64,000 nt of DNA from assembly GCA_028023455.1 (NCBI GenBank), contig JAQFVV010000008.1, positions 15,562,001 through 15,626,000 of the forward strand, written 5' to 3'. The notes beneath the pieces were generated by a model that saw only the letters and a program-made list of their open reading frames with translations, did not search any database and was not told the origin of the DNA. This document shows positions 39,825-51,649 of this stretch, in pieces. The DNA comes from Epiperipatus broadwayi (lineage: Eukaryota > Animalia > Onychophora). The number at the start of each line of letters is the position of its first letter. Position 1 is the first letter of the stretch. The position numbers and the translations under genes are program-made.

Positions 39825-42800
39825 TGAATATGTCACTATCTCAAATAAAGCTCAACACTATGGTAAAAACTTAACAAATATGAGCTTATTAACTCAACAT
39901 GAACAAGTATATATATTTTAAATGCTATTACAAATACAGTTACAAATCTCATAATAAACACACATCAAACATTAGGTTAGATTTAATACATCTATACCTC
40001 TCTATATATACTACTTGGCATATATTTTTATTTGCAGATATTCTCCACACTCATTTTCTGAATATATGCAGTTTCACTTTTTCTTTGAGTGTCATCTCTT
40101 ACTTTGTTCACTAGTCATACTACTGTATGCACACTGTAATGCACTATTATAACCCACATTGTAATGCATCACTATAACACACAGATTTCTGTAGTTTTTA
40201 TTGCACCTTGAATAATCTGCATTAGTAATTCATATTCAAATGCACATTCTGAATACATTAATTTTCTAGGGTATTAACAAAGGGAAATTTATTAAACTTC
40301 CTGTCTGGCGAGTTATTACAAACAAACATAATAACTTTATTTATATCTTATACAAGTGCATAAAATATTATTTACTCAGACAGTACATTCCTCCACTCAC
40401 TCTAGAAAATTGTCCACACATCTAATTATAAATAACAATCTTTAAATCTTTCTGGTCTTCTCCGATCTCACCCTCGTCTAGATGAGGATACCGGTCTTTT
40501 ATCCTTCTTGGACTTTAATCTATTTTCTTCTTCCAGCTGTTGAGCAAACTAAAAAAATATGCCACAGGTACTTTTGTTAAATCCTTAATCTGGTTACTTT
40601 TCTCCCAAAAAATTTTAATCTGTCAGCTCAATTCTAGACTTCTCATGATTTTTATCTTGTGCAATCACAATCTTCTATCACAGCATCTACCATTTCTGTT
40701 ATGGAAGAAAACATTTTTCTAACCACTGATTCCCGTGGCTTACTATGGTAACTTCTAAGATAGTTAATGTTTTTGGACTTTATGGCTATCAGCTAGCTAT
40801 ATCAATCTCAGTAGTTTCAATAATGCTTTAGACACAACACGTTCATCACTTTTTTTTCAGTATGTCATATATCCATATTATTTTTCCAACATTATATTTC
40901 ACACTGTTCAAATAGACCTTTCTTTTTCTCAATCTTACTAATGACCAAAACAGATATGTGGATTCAGAATTCATTTTCATCAACATTTCAGTGTTTTCCT
41001 ATCAGAATTTATTTTCATCAACATTTGTGTTTTCCTAGTAGTAGTATTCAGTGTAAATTGTTGGTAAAATATGGCTAGCGTTATTATCCTTATAATAAGT
41101 TTTATTTAACATTAACTTCAATTATTGCATTGACTTCTCTGTTAATCTATTGAATTCAGGGTGATATAGTGGTCTTGGAACATGATGAAACCCCTTGCTA
41201 ACTAAAAATTATTTGAATTGCAGTGAAAGGAATCCGGGTCTGTTATATAAAGCAATTGTTTCTAAATACCTATGACATGCAAACAATTCACTAATACTGT
41301 TATTTAGTTCTCCCTCATATTTTTTATAACACTATATTCAGTCCATTTTGAATAAAAGTCAATGACAACTAAAAAGAATCCATTAAAAGATCCAGTGTGG
41401 TTCATATAAATCCTTTGCCATGTTTTAGTCGCATAATGATATACATATGCTGCTATATTATTTTAAAATTAAAATAAAGGAGAAAATAAATCTTAAATAA
41501 AAATTGGTTTACTAAAAACAACGGAAAATTAAATATTTATTTAACATATATATTATCACACAGATGGAAAACTTTAAAAGTATTTTTAAAAAAAAAAAGT
41601 ATTTAAAAGTAAGAAATATAAAAAAAAAAAGTAAAGATCTAAAGATTATTACTTTCAGTAAAAAGTTATATAAAAGAAAAGAGAAATAAATGTTAATTAA
41701 TTTCTATTTTAAGAATCATGTTTAATCTTCTTAGTAAACGGAAATGATTGCTGTATTAATTAAATGTAAAGCAAACTAGTCTGTGGGGCACTTAAATAAT
41801 TGAAAAGTCAGATAAGAGATAAAAAAAATTAAAGATTGTGAAACAGAATGACCAATGTTAGTACCAAGCCATGCATGGGCCGAAAGAAAAACATTCGGAC
41901 CTTAAGAAAAAATGAAATTCATGTTCGATGGATCCGTAAAATTCATGATAAGGAAGGCCTAATACTATAAAAAAAGAAAATTATTGACTTCATTAGTTAT
42001 TGTTTGAATCTGGCTATTAACCTTGCAACTGTATTGCGGACTGCGAAGTAGGGGTCTTGCAATAAAATTAGTTTCCTTTGCACGCACCAGCTGAGTTCTC
42101 CCGATGATGGTTCCTGACCAAATGAATGGCAAGTAGTAGTTTCATTCCCAAGGATGGACAATCTACAAAAGTAATCACTAGGATGGACTTCTATAAATCT
42201 GCCGAAATCATGGGAAGTATAAATTGTGATTTTCAATATGAACTTTTACAAACTTGCAATTAGTAATCTAATAGTAGATTTTTAAATGAACTCTTTATCT
42301 GACTATCAAAAGAACTCTTCAATTCATTATTTTTTTTATATATATAATGTTTGCTAATCATTTCCATTTTTGTTTTATTTTTTAGTCTATTAACTAAATT
42401 ATTTTAAATTCAAAGTTGGGTGTAGATGGCTGCATAGATTTGTTAATGTTTATGTTAGTTTAAGAGGGTTAATTTCAGACTATTTGTTTTGTAGTTGAGG
42501 CGATGCTAGTAGAGGGATATATGGGTGTTTATAGCAATGTAATGTAAAGTGTGTTAGCATACAGGGCAATGTGTACAAATGAATGCATCACCCCAAAGGT
42601 GTAGCTATATTTGGGGTGTAGCTATATCGTTGCAATGGACACAGATATATTTCAGCAACATTGACCCCTTTTCGCTCTACGGATAGGGACTGAATCGGCA
42701 ACCGCTCTCCCTCTATACGAAGCATTTCTTTTTTTAATGTTTTATATATATGATTCCTTCACCAGACACACATACATTCCTGTACTGGATGAGGATCATT

Positions 42801-45800
42801 TCTTTTAAATAATATCACGCTGCAGACATACATTCCTGTCAGCGTGGTTTTATGCTAACATCTTCATATTGCCACGCTGCAGACATACATTCCTGTCAGC
42901 GTGGTTTCATGCTAAAATCTTCATATTGCCACGCTGCAGACATACATTCCTGTCAGCGTGGTTTTATGCTAACATCTTCATATTGCATTGGTTGTGTTTG
43001 TATATCAGGAAGGAGCGTTGGTTTAGTTACGAACTTTTAGCCTGAAGTTGAATGTTTTGAAAAGTTTTTAATTGCATACTCTTTGTAGCCTATCTATACT
43101 CAACATTCTAAAATAAAAATATCATATAAACTGTCCATTTGTGCGGACTTACTAAAATAACAACTTAAATTTAAAATTAACAATAAAATCTAAAGCAATA
43201 TTAATTTATTCCTCAAAGTTATATATATGCGTGTAAATGTATGTTTTGTGATAATTACTGGCAGTGGTTTATTTTTTTTTTTAATCTTTTTCTTTATTGA
43301 AATGTTTTAAATAAGTTTTATTATAAATCTCAGCTACTCCTTGAACTAGTGGCAAGGGCTAATGGTCAATAATAAAATAAAATTAGAACTAACAAAAAGT
43401 ATCTGCCTAAATTATAAATATTCTAGATTCAAATGGCCTAGTGGCACCGTGTATGGCAAATAGGGAAAGTCTTTACACCCTGACCATTATAGTGGCTTAT
43501 AGTCATGATTTCACATTTCTAGGAGGGGGGGTAATTTGGCTATAGATTGACCTGCTCTACAGCACTTAACTGAATGTTCAATCTCACAATTCATATTACG
43601 CCCCCACACATATCTTGCTAATTCTTTATTCTAATGACGCTGGAATGCTTTTCATGTACCATTCCAGTACATACTTCCTTCCTTTTGTAGGAATTAATAT
43701 GTAGTCTGTAATTAAAATGCATCCATTGCACATGGACAGACTCTCATGCACATTTCAAATTACTCAGCTACAAAGCATATATGACTTTGTGGTCATAAGT
43801 CTTTAATCTAGTTTTTACCTAGTTGACACCAAGAATTTTCTAGAATATTCTTTAGTCCATTTGATTATAATAGCACTATTTAATACATACAAATCTATTG
43901 ATCTATACAATTTATCTCAATGGTCCAAGGTTCATACTTACGCATATTCAACATTCTTGACAGCACATCAGCATAACCAATTTCTTTTCCTGGCTTATAT
44001 ATAAGTTTAAAATCATTGGATATCAATATATTTATCCTTATGATCATTTAATATCATGATTCAGATTTCCTAGTCTTTCGAACAGAAGTCTTCTATATAT
44101 AGTCTGTATAGATCTTAAATGCATATTTTATATATATTGATAAAAAAAAATTTACATCAAATACCATCGCTAAAGCTTCCTTATCTAGCTAACTAGTTCT
44201 TTTCAGCTACAATTAAAATTTTGGACGCATACACAATGAGACATTCATCTCGAAATACTCTATGTAAAGTAAGTGTCAACTCCATATTTGGAAGCATCAG
44301 TTGTCATGATTACTTCTTGGTCATTTCTGTAATGGCCGACGAGTTGACTCTAATTAACAAGTCTTTAACTTTCTTAAATGCTATGTCTTGCTAGACTCTA
44401 CATTTCCATTGATGTTTTTTTTTAAATCCTATAATGGCATCGCTGCATGTGATTTTCCTTTCTGGAAACTCAAAAACATTTAATACATCTAAAAAGATTT
44501 GCATATTCTTAACCTTTTTAGGTTTAGGAGCATTCTTAAAAGTTTTTACTTTTTCTGGATTTGGGTATTTTCCTTTGTAATTAATAACATGTCCTAAAAA
44601 TTTTATCTCTGTAGTGCAACAAATACCCTTCATGGCAATTAACAGCATACCAAAATTCTCTAATCTAGCATATATTTTGTGTTCACTTGTTCATTTTCAG
44701 TTTCAGTAGCTATCAAAATAATATTTAGATAAAGAATGATTCCTTCCATACTTGTAGCAGGCTATATTTGGGGCAATGGTTACTCCATACTGCAATTTAT
44801 TACATTAAATAATCTCAAGTGTAACTGAAATCTGATGGAATGTGGACTATAGATTGATATTAGCAAAGTATGATGCTTTTCATAACAATGCTGAGACCAC
44901 ATGAACACTAGATATAGGTTATGCTCCTTTATTAATATATTTATTAGTGCTACTAAATAATTGCCACATAAACAAATACGTTACTGTGTGTGTTGTCCAC
45001 TATGATTCTTCAATAGACAATAGAACACCTCTCTTTATTAAATGTTTAAGCATTTCCTCATTTTTGAAGCAGTATTTAATTCAGATGGACCCAAATTAAC
45101 CAACTGTGAAAACTTTTCTGTCTTCCATCTCTAGCTGTAATCTTTTTGTTATTTTTATCATAATCCCTAAGAGCTTAAATCAATTATGGCCTCGAATCTG
45201 GCCTAACTTTCTTGTCACAATATACAATAGAATCTTAACATTTGAATTTATTTTCATTGGTAGAGTTATTATGCCTCATATTTCTATCAAGTTTCCATTT
45301 ATATTAGTTTCCATTACATTTTTGCTATTGGTATACTTTAATTATATTTCCTTGTGATAATCGACCAATCTCTCTGTGACAAGAGATATGCCTGCTCCAC
45401 TGTCGATTTCCATTCTCACTTTCTGATTACAAATATGAACATTCAATATAATGATTGTTGTTAATATCATTCGTCTTTTTGACATTAAGTCTTTTGCCAA
45501 TGCTTCCCCTCGATTAAGTTCAATAGAATCTCATTTTTGCTCTTTCTGTTTGTTGTAACAAACTTGCAATAAGTGGTCTTCCTAAATTTACAATTCCTTT
45601 TCATATGGCCTTTACCACTGTAACAATAGCATACAGACATTATCAGTACTCTTACAATTCTTAGTCCCAATTTTCATTTTATTTAGTTACTTTTGAGTAT
45701 TTTAACACCCTATTTTTCTGGAATTCTGCCACATTTTCAATCACAGCTTCATAGGCTGGACTTTTCCAAATGGTATGGTTGTATGTTAATTCTGTTTCAT

Positions 45801-46468
45801 TCAGTAATATTTATCTCAGTTTGCTAGCATATCATCCAACTTTGCAATATTTAGCAAGTATATACAATTGCATGTTGTAATTTGGGGCCTGGCTTCTGTT
45901 TCTAAACTGTAGATGTGCCATAAGTAGGCTTAAAATGTATGCTTAACTTTTAATTCTTGGAAAGACACTTCCTCTAGAACTTTTGGGTCACACAGTTCAT
46001 TAGCCATTTGAAATACATCTTTACCAACATTCACATCAACATCAACCATTATTCTAAGTTTGCCATCCACTATTTTATTGATAAGCTTAAATCTCTCTAG
46101 AGTCCTAGATTTGCCATCCTGCTACATTGTTTATATCAAACTCACTAACAATACCATTATTTTTCTCTTCATTAATTATTTGCTGTTTTTGTTTCTTACA
46201 TGACTCTCTCCAAGTGTCAAGCAGTTTCCCTGAGTTTCAACTGCTTCAATATTGACATTGCCAGCTGAATACGGATCAATATTTATTGTCTCAAATAAAA
46301 CTCAACACTACAATGAAAACATAACAATGTTGAGTTCATCTTCTCATAGTAAATACACTTTATCAAACATTAGGTTAAATTTGATAATAATCTCTGATAA
46401 TTAAAAAAGCAAGTCATATATAACTTGACATTACTTTTATAAGCTTGTAGTTACAAAAATGCAGTACA
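39825..46468 (-). mobile_element. Decayed Ty3/Gypsy (Mag/K02A2.6-like) LTR retrotransposon G2, split by an insertion at ~41425-43500
   Basis: Order on the minus strand is gag (LC.PK..E.SF.EL), CCHC knuckle, protease VRMEIDSGAGISLV, RT IKFLGHVI, RNaseH TTDASKYGV, IN H..H...LARYVW; then, after the insert, WQRIYMNHTG..FLVVIDFYSKW and LYHPEFNRLTE. PPT at 40388-40402. LTRs at 39825-40387 and (internally deleted) 46266-46468. Confidence 0.8.
42816..42986 (+). repeat. Three tandem 57-bp units, each a bulged hairpin
   Basis: Unit cacgctgcagacatacattcctgtcagcgtggttttatgctaacatcttcatattgc starts at 42816, 42873 and 42930, with two substitutions in unit 2. Confidence 0.95.
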
Positions 46469-47270
46469 GAGAGTGTACCAATAGCTCAAACAAGCTCTTA
46501 ATTAATAAGTACGGTATAAGAAAATATTTAAATTCTCTATTCAAAATACTCTTATCTCCAGACCAACTGTTTTCGAACTTATGGTTGTTTTTTTAATTAT
46601 TATAACTTTACCTTTAAGGCTTTGGCTATGCTGAGGCTATTAAAATATGGTAAATCTGAACTATATAGCTATTTAAGTTAGATAACTAGATCTAAAGACA
46701 TTTTCATGCCCGAAAATTTCAGAGTTTCTACTTAAATATATATATATAAAATAAGTGCTGGATTTTGAGTTGATATTTTAGGTCGACTGTCCAAATAAGC
46801 TCGAAACCAGTTAGTCTGGAGATAATGTAACAGTCAGAAAACGTGTGACTCGTAAACATAGTGCAGAATTCGACCACCACACAGAACAGCAGCATCATCG
46901 AGGTAGCAAAGCCACCCGTGTTACTGAGTTCGAACATAGTTTATCGGTTCCACAAGACAATCCACGAAACAACGCATCTGATGTGACATTAGTAAATATT
47001 TCCTTAGGCACGGTGGTCAGGGATATGCAAGAGATTCATGATTTTATTCTCGAATTAGCCAATAATCAAACTAATATTAATTAAACATTCATATTTACAT
47101 AATCGAGGAAATATTATATAGAATGGGTATCGAATAAATGAAATGTAACTGCAGACGTATAGTTTAAAATTATTTATTCACACATTTTAATAAGAAAATC
47201 ATTTACTAATAATATTTTATGGATTCAAAGCTTCATTAGCGGGATTTGCAATACTATTATATTTTAAAGA

Positions 47271-47429
47271 ATACATTTATTTATTTAGACATTATTTTAT
47301 ATTGAAAACTTCAGTAGCGGTATTTCCGATACTGTAATGTTTACAAAAAAAATACATTTATTTGTTTCGACCTTATTTTATCTTGAGGACCTCAGTAACG
47401 GTATTTCCGATACTGTAATGTTTACAAAA
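47271..47429 (+). repeat. 81-bp tandem duplication containing a hairpin
   Basis: cagta(g/a)cggtatttccgatactg occurs at 47312-47334 and 47393-47415. Confidence 0.9.
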
Positions 47430-49859
47430 GGAATTCATTTATTTGAAGGCGTAATCTAGCTACCTAAAATTCTCGAGTAAGTATTTCTAATGCATGCCTT
47501 GGGGAATTTATACCTTTGCAATGCAAAAGTCTAAAGTAAGATTTAAGAGTAGCGGCAGACATATATTTATTTAATTAAAATATTTATTTATGACTAAGGG
47601 CAAACATTTATTTGAGAGTGAATTATGAAGATAATGCATAGGCGGAGTGATATATAGAATAATAAAATTAACTAAAGGAACACGTGGTATGCTTTAGAAA
47701 GGCGATATGGAATGGCAGTACATTGAAACTGCAATGCCGCGAATGAGTTTATAAGACTGTCGGGCTGGTCTCTGCCTCGGCCCAACGAAGTAAGGTGTCA
47801 CATAAGCATAACCAGGGACAAGCGGTCCGTGTCGCAATTTGCCGGCTGGCTGCATGACGGGTCAAATCCTACGGGAGCATTTATTATGTCCACTTGTGTA
47901 GGACGACTGGGGTTAATTTCAACCCTGAAGAATCCGGAATATTTACGGCGGAATAGATCATCGCGTCTTTAAAACGTAACACATGTATAAGTATAAACGA
48001 TTATGATAAGATTTAAATAATTTCTAATTCGGCCCAATATTATCAACATTTACTAAAGAACGTTGGTGACTCTCAAAGAAATGTAATTTTCTGGAATTAT
48101 TCATGATGATTTAATAAATACAAAACATATATAAATTGGGAATTATTATAACTAATACGTCAGCCATTTGCGAAGTAGTAGACCCCTGCATTACAATAAA
48201 TGATGCATTGAATGTGTGTCGATTTATATGAAAGTTAAGTTAGTTATGAAAGCAAATATTAATGAAAATTTGACACGCATTCATTGTTCCAAGCGATCAT
48301 AGATTTAAACTTTGAAAATTGAGACAATTATGAGCATGCAATAATTAAATAATAACTATAGATAAAATGTAGATTTGAGAAATACGCACCCAAGAAAGAT
48401 AGAGTGAGGTAAGCTAGATTATTAGAGAAATTTACATATTAAATTAATTATTCAATTTTAGTTATACAAATGATAGTTTTTACATTTTATAATTTAGATA
48501 AGTAATATGAAGAAGTGCTATAGCATATTATTAGAGTACTCTAGAGTTTGAACACAGACAGGTACCTGTTTTATAAAAAGTTTTCTGATTCCATTAGTTT
48601 AGTAGCAAAAGGTTCGTGGTTGGCAGTTCTTTCTGGTATTGAGGTGTTTCATTTATTTTAACAGCAGCAGCAGCTTTCTCATTTATTTTAGGCAGCAGAT
48701 CATTATGGTGAATTTATGATGGGCAATGGAAAGTTCGGCATCCAATAGGCCATCTCCCGATGGAGAATAATCTAGGTGCTTTACTCGGTCATACCTTGGC
48801 AGGAACAAATTATTTTTATATTTTTGGAGACTCTCAGTGATCGAGAGCAAAGCTAAAGTTTTAAGTGAATGTCTCCAGCAAGTCTAAGATGGCCTGTTTT
48901 TTTATCTTGATCTTTCACATTTTTGTTAAGGTATTTTTAGGTTCTACTTAATCTGCCCTGAGGATAATCAATGCATTTTGTTGGTTTTAATTAAAGAAAG
49001 CTGCCGTTCTATTGTTTACATTTTACATTTACTAATTACATTTTGGGGAATTTTTCTTTAATTAATCTATTATCTATCACTGACCGATGCTTTTAAATTT
49101 CAAAGACAAAAAGGGAACATAAGATTATTTTAACTTTTAATTAAATATTACATCAGATTTTTTTAGAATTATTATTAAACGAAATTTAAACAAAGCAATA
49201 AATACGAACTTTACAATCCAAAATAAATGATTAAAATTATACAAAATTATATAACTAAAAAAAATCTAAATTATATTATTTTAACCCTATTTATTGCCTT
49301 TAATTTGAGATCGAAATGTGCGCGTGTTTATGCTGAATTCTACATATACTTGTACATTTTTAATATTGTTACACACAATTCGATACCAAAAAGTTTAAAT
49401 TTGGGCGGGATAGACCGGTCAGTGATAGACGACAGAAAAGGGTGAACTTAAGATTCGAATACGAATCTTACTGTTTCAATAAGAGTATTCTGGATAGAGA
49501 TTTTAATATTTTCTCATACCGCACTTATTAATTAAGAGCTTGTTTGAGCTATTGGTATGCTCTCTATATTGCATTTTTATATATCTCTAAATGTACTACT
49601 CGGTATATATCTTTATCTATATACAGATATTCTCCACTCATTCATTTTCTTAGTAAGTGCACTGTTTCACATTCTAAGTGCATACCATATCTTACTTTGC
49701 TCACTACTATAATGAACGCATACTAATTTCTGCAGTTTAGTGTAATTTGCATCATTTATATTCAAATGCATATTCTATTAATCATATTTTACCTGCCTTC
49801 AACTAATGGACTAGTCCATATTCCACCTTATCTATTGTACCAATATCGTATTGGTACAT

Positions 49860-51375
49860 ATAATAATTTTGTCTAAAAATTAAAATAAAATACAGTTCGT
49901 TAAAAAAAAATAGTATGTAAAAGTTTAAGTTTTTTTTATTGCAGTTTGTTTCGAAATGTAAAATTAAAAGTCAAAGAGTTTGTTTTTTTTCTATTATTAG
50001 TAGTTGAAATAAAAGTTACAATTAATTAATTAGAAGGGGGAACGGGGTTTGCTTTAGAAATGTCAAATTAAAAGAAGTTGATTTTCAAATAAATAAAAAC
50101 TATCTCTTTTGAGTTAAAGAAAGAAAAAGTAATCTTAAAACTAGTGTTGAGTTTAGATTAAAATATACATGTGCGTAAATGACGAAGTAATGTGAGCTTG
50201 TTAATAAAATATATGTGTGTGATTGTAAACATAGCATAAATACGTGTGTGTTAAAATGAAATAAATGAAAGTTAAAAAATTAAAACACTCAGCGATGGCT
50301 ACTAAGTTAAAAATCTATAAAACAACAAGTTTTGCGACAGCTAATAAGTTAAACAAAAAACAACAATAAGTTTGCAATGGCTGCTAATTAACATCTCCAG
50401 CAACAGGATTAAAAGATTATCTCGAGGAATGTAATTAAAGGCAAGAAAGAAATTTCAACAGACATAGCTGGAGGATATCAAAATGACAACACATCTTATT
50501 AATAAATAGTCCAGTTTTTTATCGGACAGTCAGTTGAGGTTGAGTTGAGATTGAGTTCAGTTGAGATAGCAATTGAGAAAGAATGCAGTTCAGTCCAGCA
50601 AGATCACATCAAATTAAATCAGTCAATTGATCAGTTGACAACACAGTGTTAGAAACCTCGAAAACATATGACTTTCTCTGGCCTGAGTCCAGGGAACATC
50701 CAACCTGCCCAGAAAAGGATGTTTGCCTAACAACTTGAAATCCGCCATCAATGTTTAACTGTCTCCAAGAATAGTAACACCGAAGAATAATAAAACTCTT
50801 CAAGAAAACGTCGAATCCAGCCGGCTGAAAATATTCTCACTTGAAGCAGCAACGAGAAAGAAAACAAAATTCTATTAAAATAAAATTCACAGCAAACAGC
50901 AAGAAGTCCACGTTCTAAAATCCTAGGTAATAACATTTTTCTTATTTTCATTTCTAAAGTAGCCATCGCATTAGTTTGAAACCTCCCAGAGTCAAGTAAT
51001 AATGAACTCTATAGCATACATAAATGAAATATTGATGTGTGTGTTTTTAAATGTCAAATATTATTTAATGCTTTGTTATATAATATTCTAGTGTGTGTGA
51101 ATTAAGAAAACGTGATCATTAGATAAAAACACGAGTGTTATGTTAGTTAAGATTTACAAAAGTATTTAAAATTAGTATAATGAATATTAATTAAAATAAA
51201 TTGTCTTTAAAACTTAAAGCTAATTTTGTCGGTCAATTTTTATTACCACTAAGTAAATCAATAATTTATTAATGTATTACAATAGACTGAGTTAGTCATG
51301 GGTGTATTTTATGCGTTGAATTAGTTATCATTGTTCAAAGTGAGTTATTTATCCTCTGGGTAACTGGCGCCCGTG
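49860..51375 (+). mobile_element. Solo-LTR-like island followed by a PBS-like TGGCGCCC
   Basis: ATAAATAG at ~50502 with TCAGTT at 50530; TGGCGCCCGTG at 51365-51375 resembles the start of a tRNA-Lys-type PBS. No pol sequence follows. Confidence 0.45.
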
Positions 51376-51649
51376 TTTCTACAAAACAAAAAAGTGCTTT
51401 GAATGTGGTGTTGAATTCAACAGTCGAGAAGAAATCTGTTTCCTTTAAATGTGGTCAGTCAGATATATTTTACTTATATATCTGCTGGCTTGGATTCAGG
51501 TGTTCTTTGAGTACTCTCTACTCTGTCTAAGAGGCCGGGGTGGAGCAATACATAAATTGCAAGGGATTAGTAATAAATATTGTATCATACATAAGTTAAC
51601 AAATTATATTTCAAGTTATAATTTTATTAAAGAGCGAAAATATATAGAT

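Noticed and set aside
42816-42986. CRISPR interpretation of the 57-bp hairpin array
   Set aside because: The inter-hairpin segments are identical rather than unique spacers, there are no cas genes and the context is eukaryotic.
47866-47960. Canonical HDV-like or hammerhead ribozyme call
   Set aside because: The P2 and P1.1 pairings fail for HDV; GAAA is GAAT and no NUH site adjoins stem I for a hammerhead.
49811-49858. Helitron 3' end (hairpin then CTAG) on the minus strand
   Set aside because: The CTAG belongs to the G3 LTR consensus (also at ~54391), the hairpin is AT-rich and no 5' TC end or Rep/Hel sequence was found.
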